A DNA stretch of 64,000 nt from Mobula hypostoma. Lineage: Eukaryota. A program made the position numbers and the translations under genes. Positions 63,591-64,000 of the stretch are shown here, piece by piece. A model generated the notes under the pieces. That model was not told where the DNA came from. It ran no database searches and was given only the letters and a program-made list of their open reading frames with translations. Numbering within the stretch: position 1 is the first letter of the stretch; every line of letters begins with the position of its first letter. The stretch is taken from contig NC_086097.1 of the NCBI RefSeq assembly GCF_963921235.1, forward strand, positions 165,294,001 through 165,358,000. Reading direction: 5' to 3'.

Positions 63591-64000
63591 TAAAACAGTA
63601 TGCTTGCCAAATTAGATATTCTGCATGATATCCTGCGTATTAATACTGAGTATACATGTCAATGTGAATAGGAATCTTTCATGTTTGCTTTGACTTTCTA
63701 TCTAATTTTCTTCCCTTTGTTAAACTGCTTATTCTGTCATAGACATACTGTCATTAAGCAGCTGTTGCACTGGTTTGGAAATGAATTGCTAGTTGAAGTT
63801 ATTTGTCTTAACCGACTGATGAAAATTACTATGTCATATCTTAAAGTTTGAGCTATGGAATTCACACTCATAATGAATCAGCAGTTTCAATAGCTAGAAT
63901 TTAATCGATATTTTATCAACCAACCATTTTTTGTGAGAACGCTGATTTATTCCAATTACTGTATGTTTCCTGAAGTGAGATTTTATTCCTAATGTGAGCT

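Overview
Eukaryotic, non-CpG-island genomic DNA, most likely from a cartilaginous fish (inferred from the CR1/Penelope/V-SINE repeat landscape). The window is almost all intron of one + strand gene recognisable as ANKRD12, with three internal coding exons: 9163-9310 (148 nt), 31119-31187 (69 nt) and 62915-63079 (165 nt), all AG/GT-bounded and phase-compatible. The introns are packed with often nested transposons: CR1, L1 and L2/Rex-like LINEs, Penelope-like elements, a Gypsy remnant, RTE-related and tRNA-derived SINEs, Tc1, Tigger/pogo, hAT, PIF/Harbinger and a complete 1.2-kb non-autonomous Helitron. The most notable observations are: (i) a minimal type-I hammerhead ribozyme motif in the Penelope pseudo-LTRs, repeated across the window; (ii) a palindromic hAT MITE found both free with an 8-bp TSD and as fixed cargo in four Tigger copies; (iii) one site in a hAT family that carries different cargo in different copies; (iv) an 84-bp target-site duplication around a young L1; (v) a head-to-head Tc1 made of two 3' ends; (vi) a 165-bp locally templated duplication. 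Family assignments come from recalled motifs, not database searches. No prokaryote-type system (CRISPR, operon) is present, and most ORF-track entries are repeat-derived or spurious.
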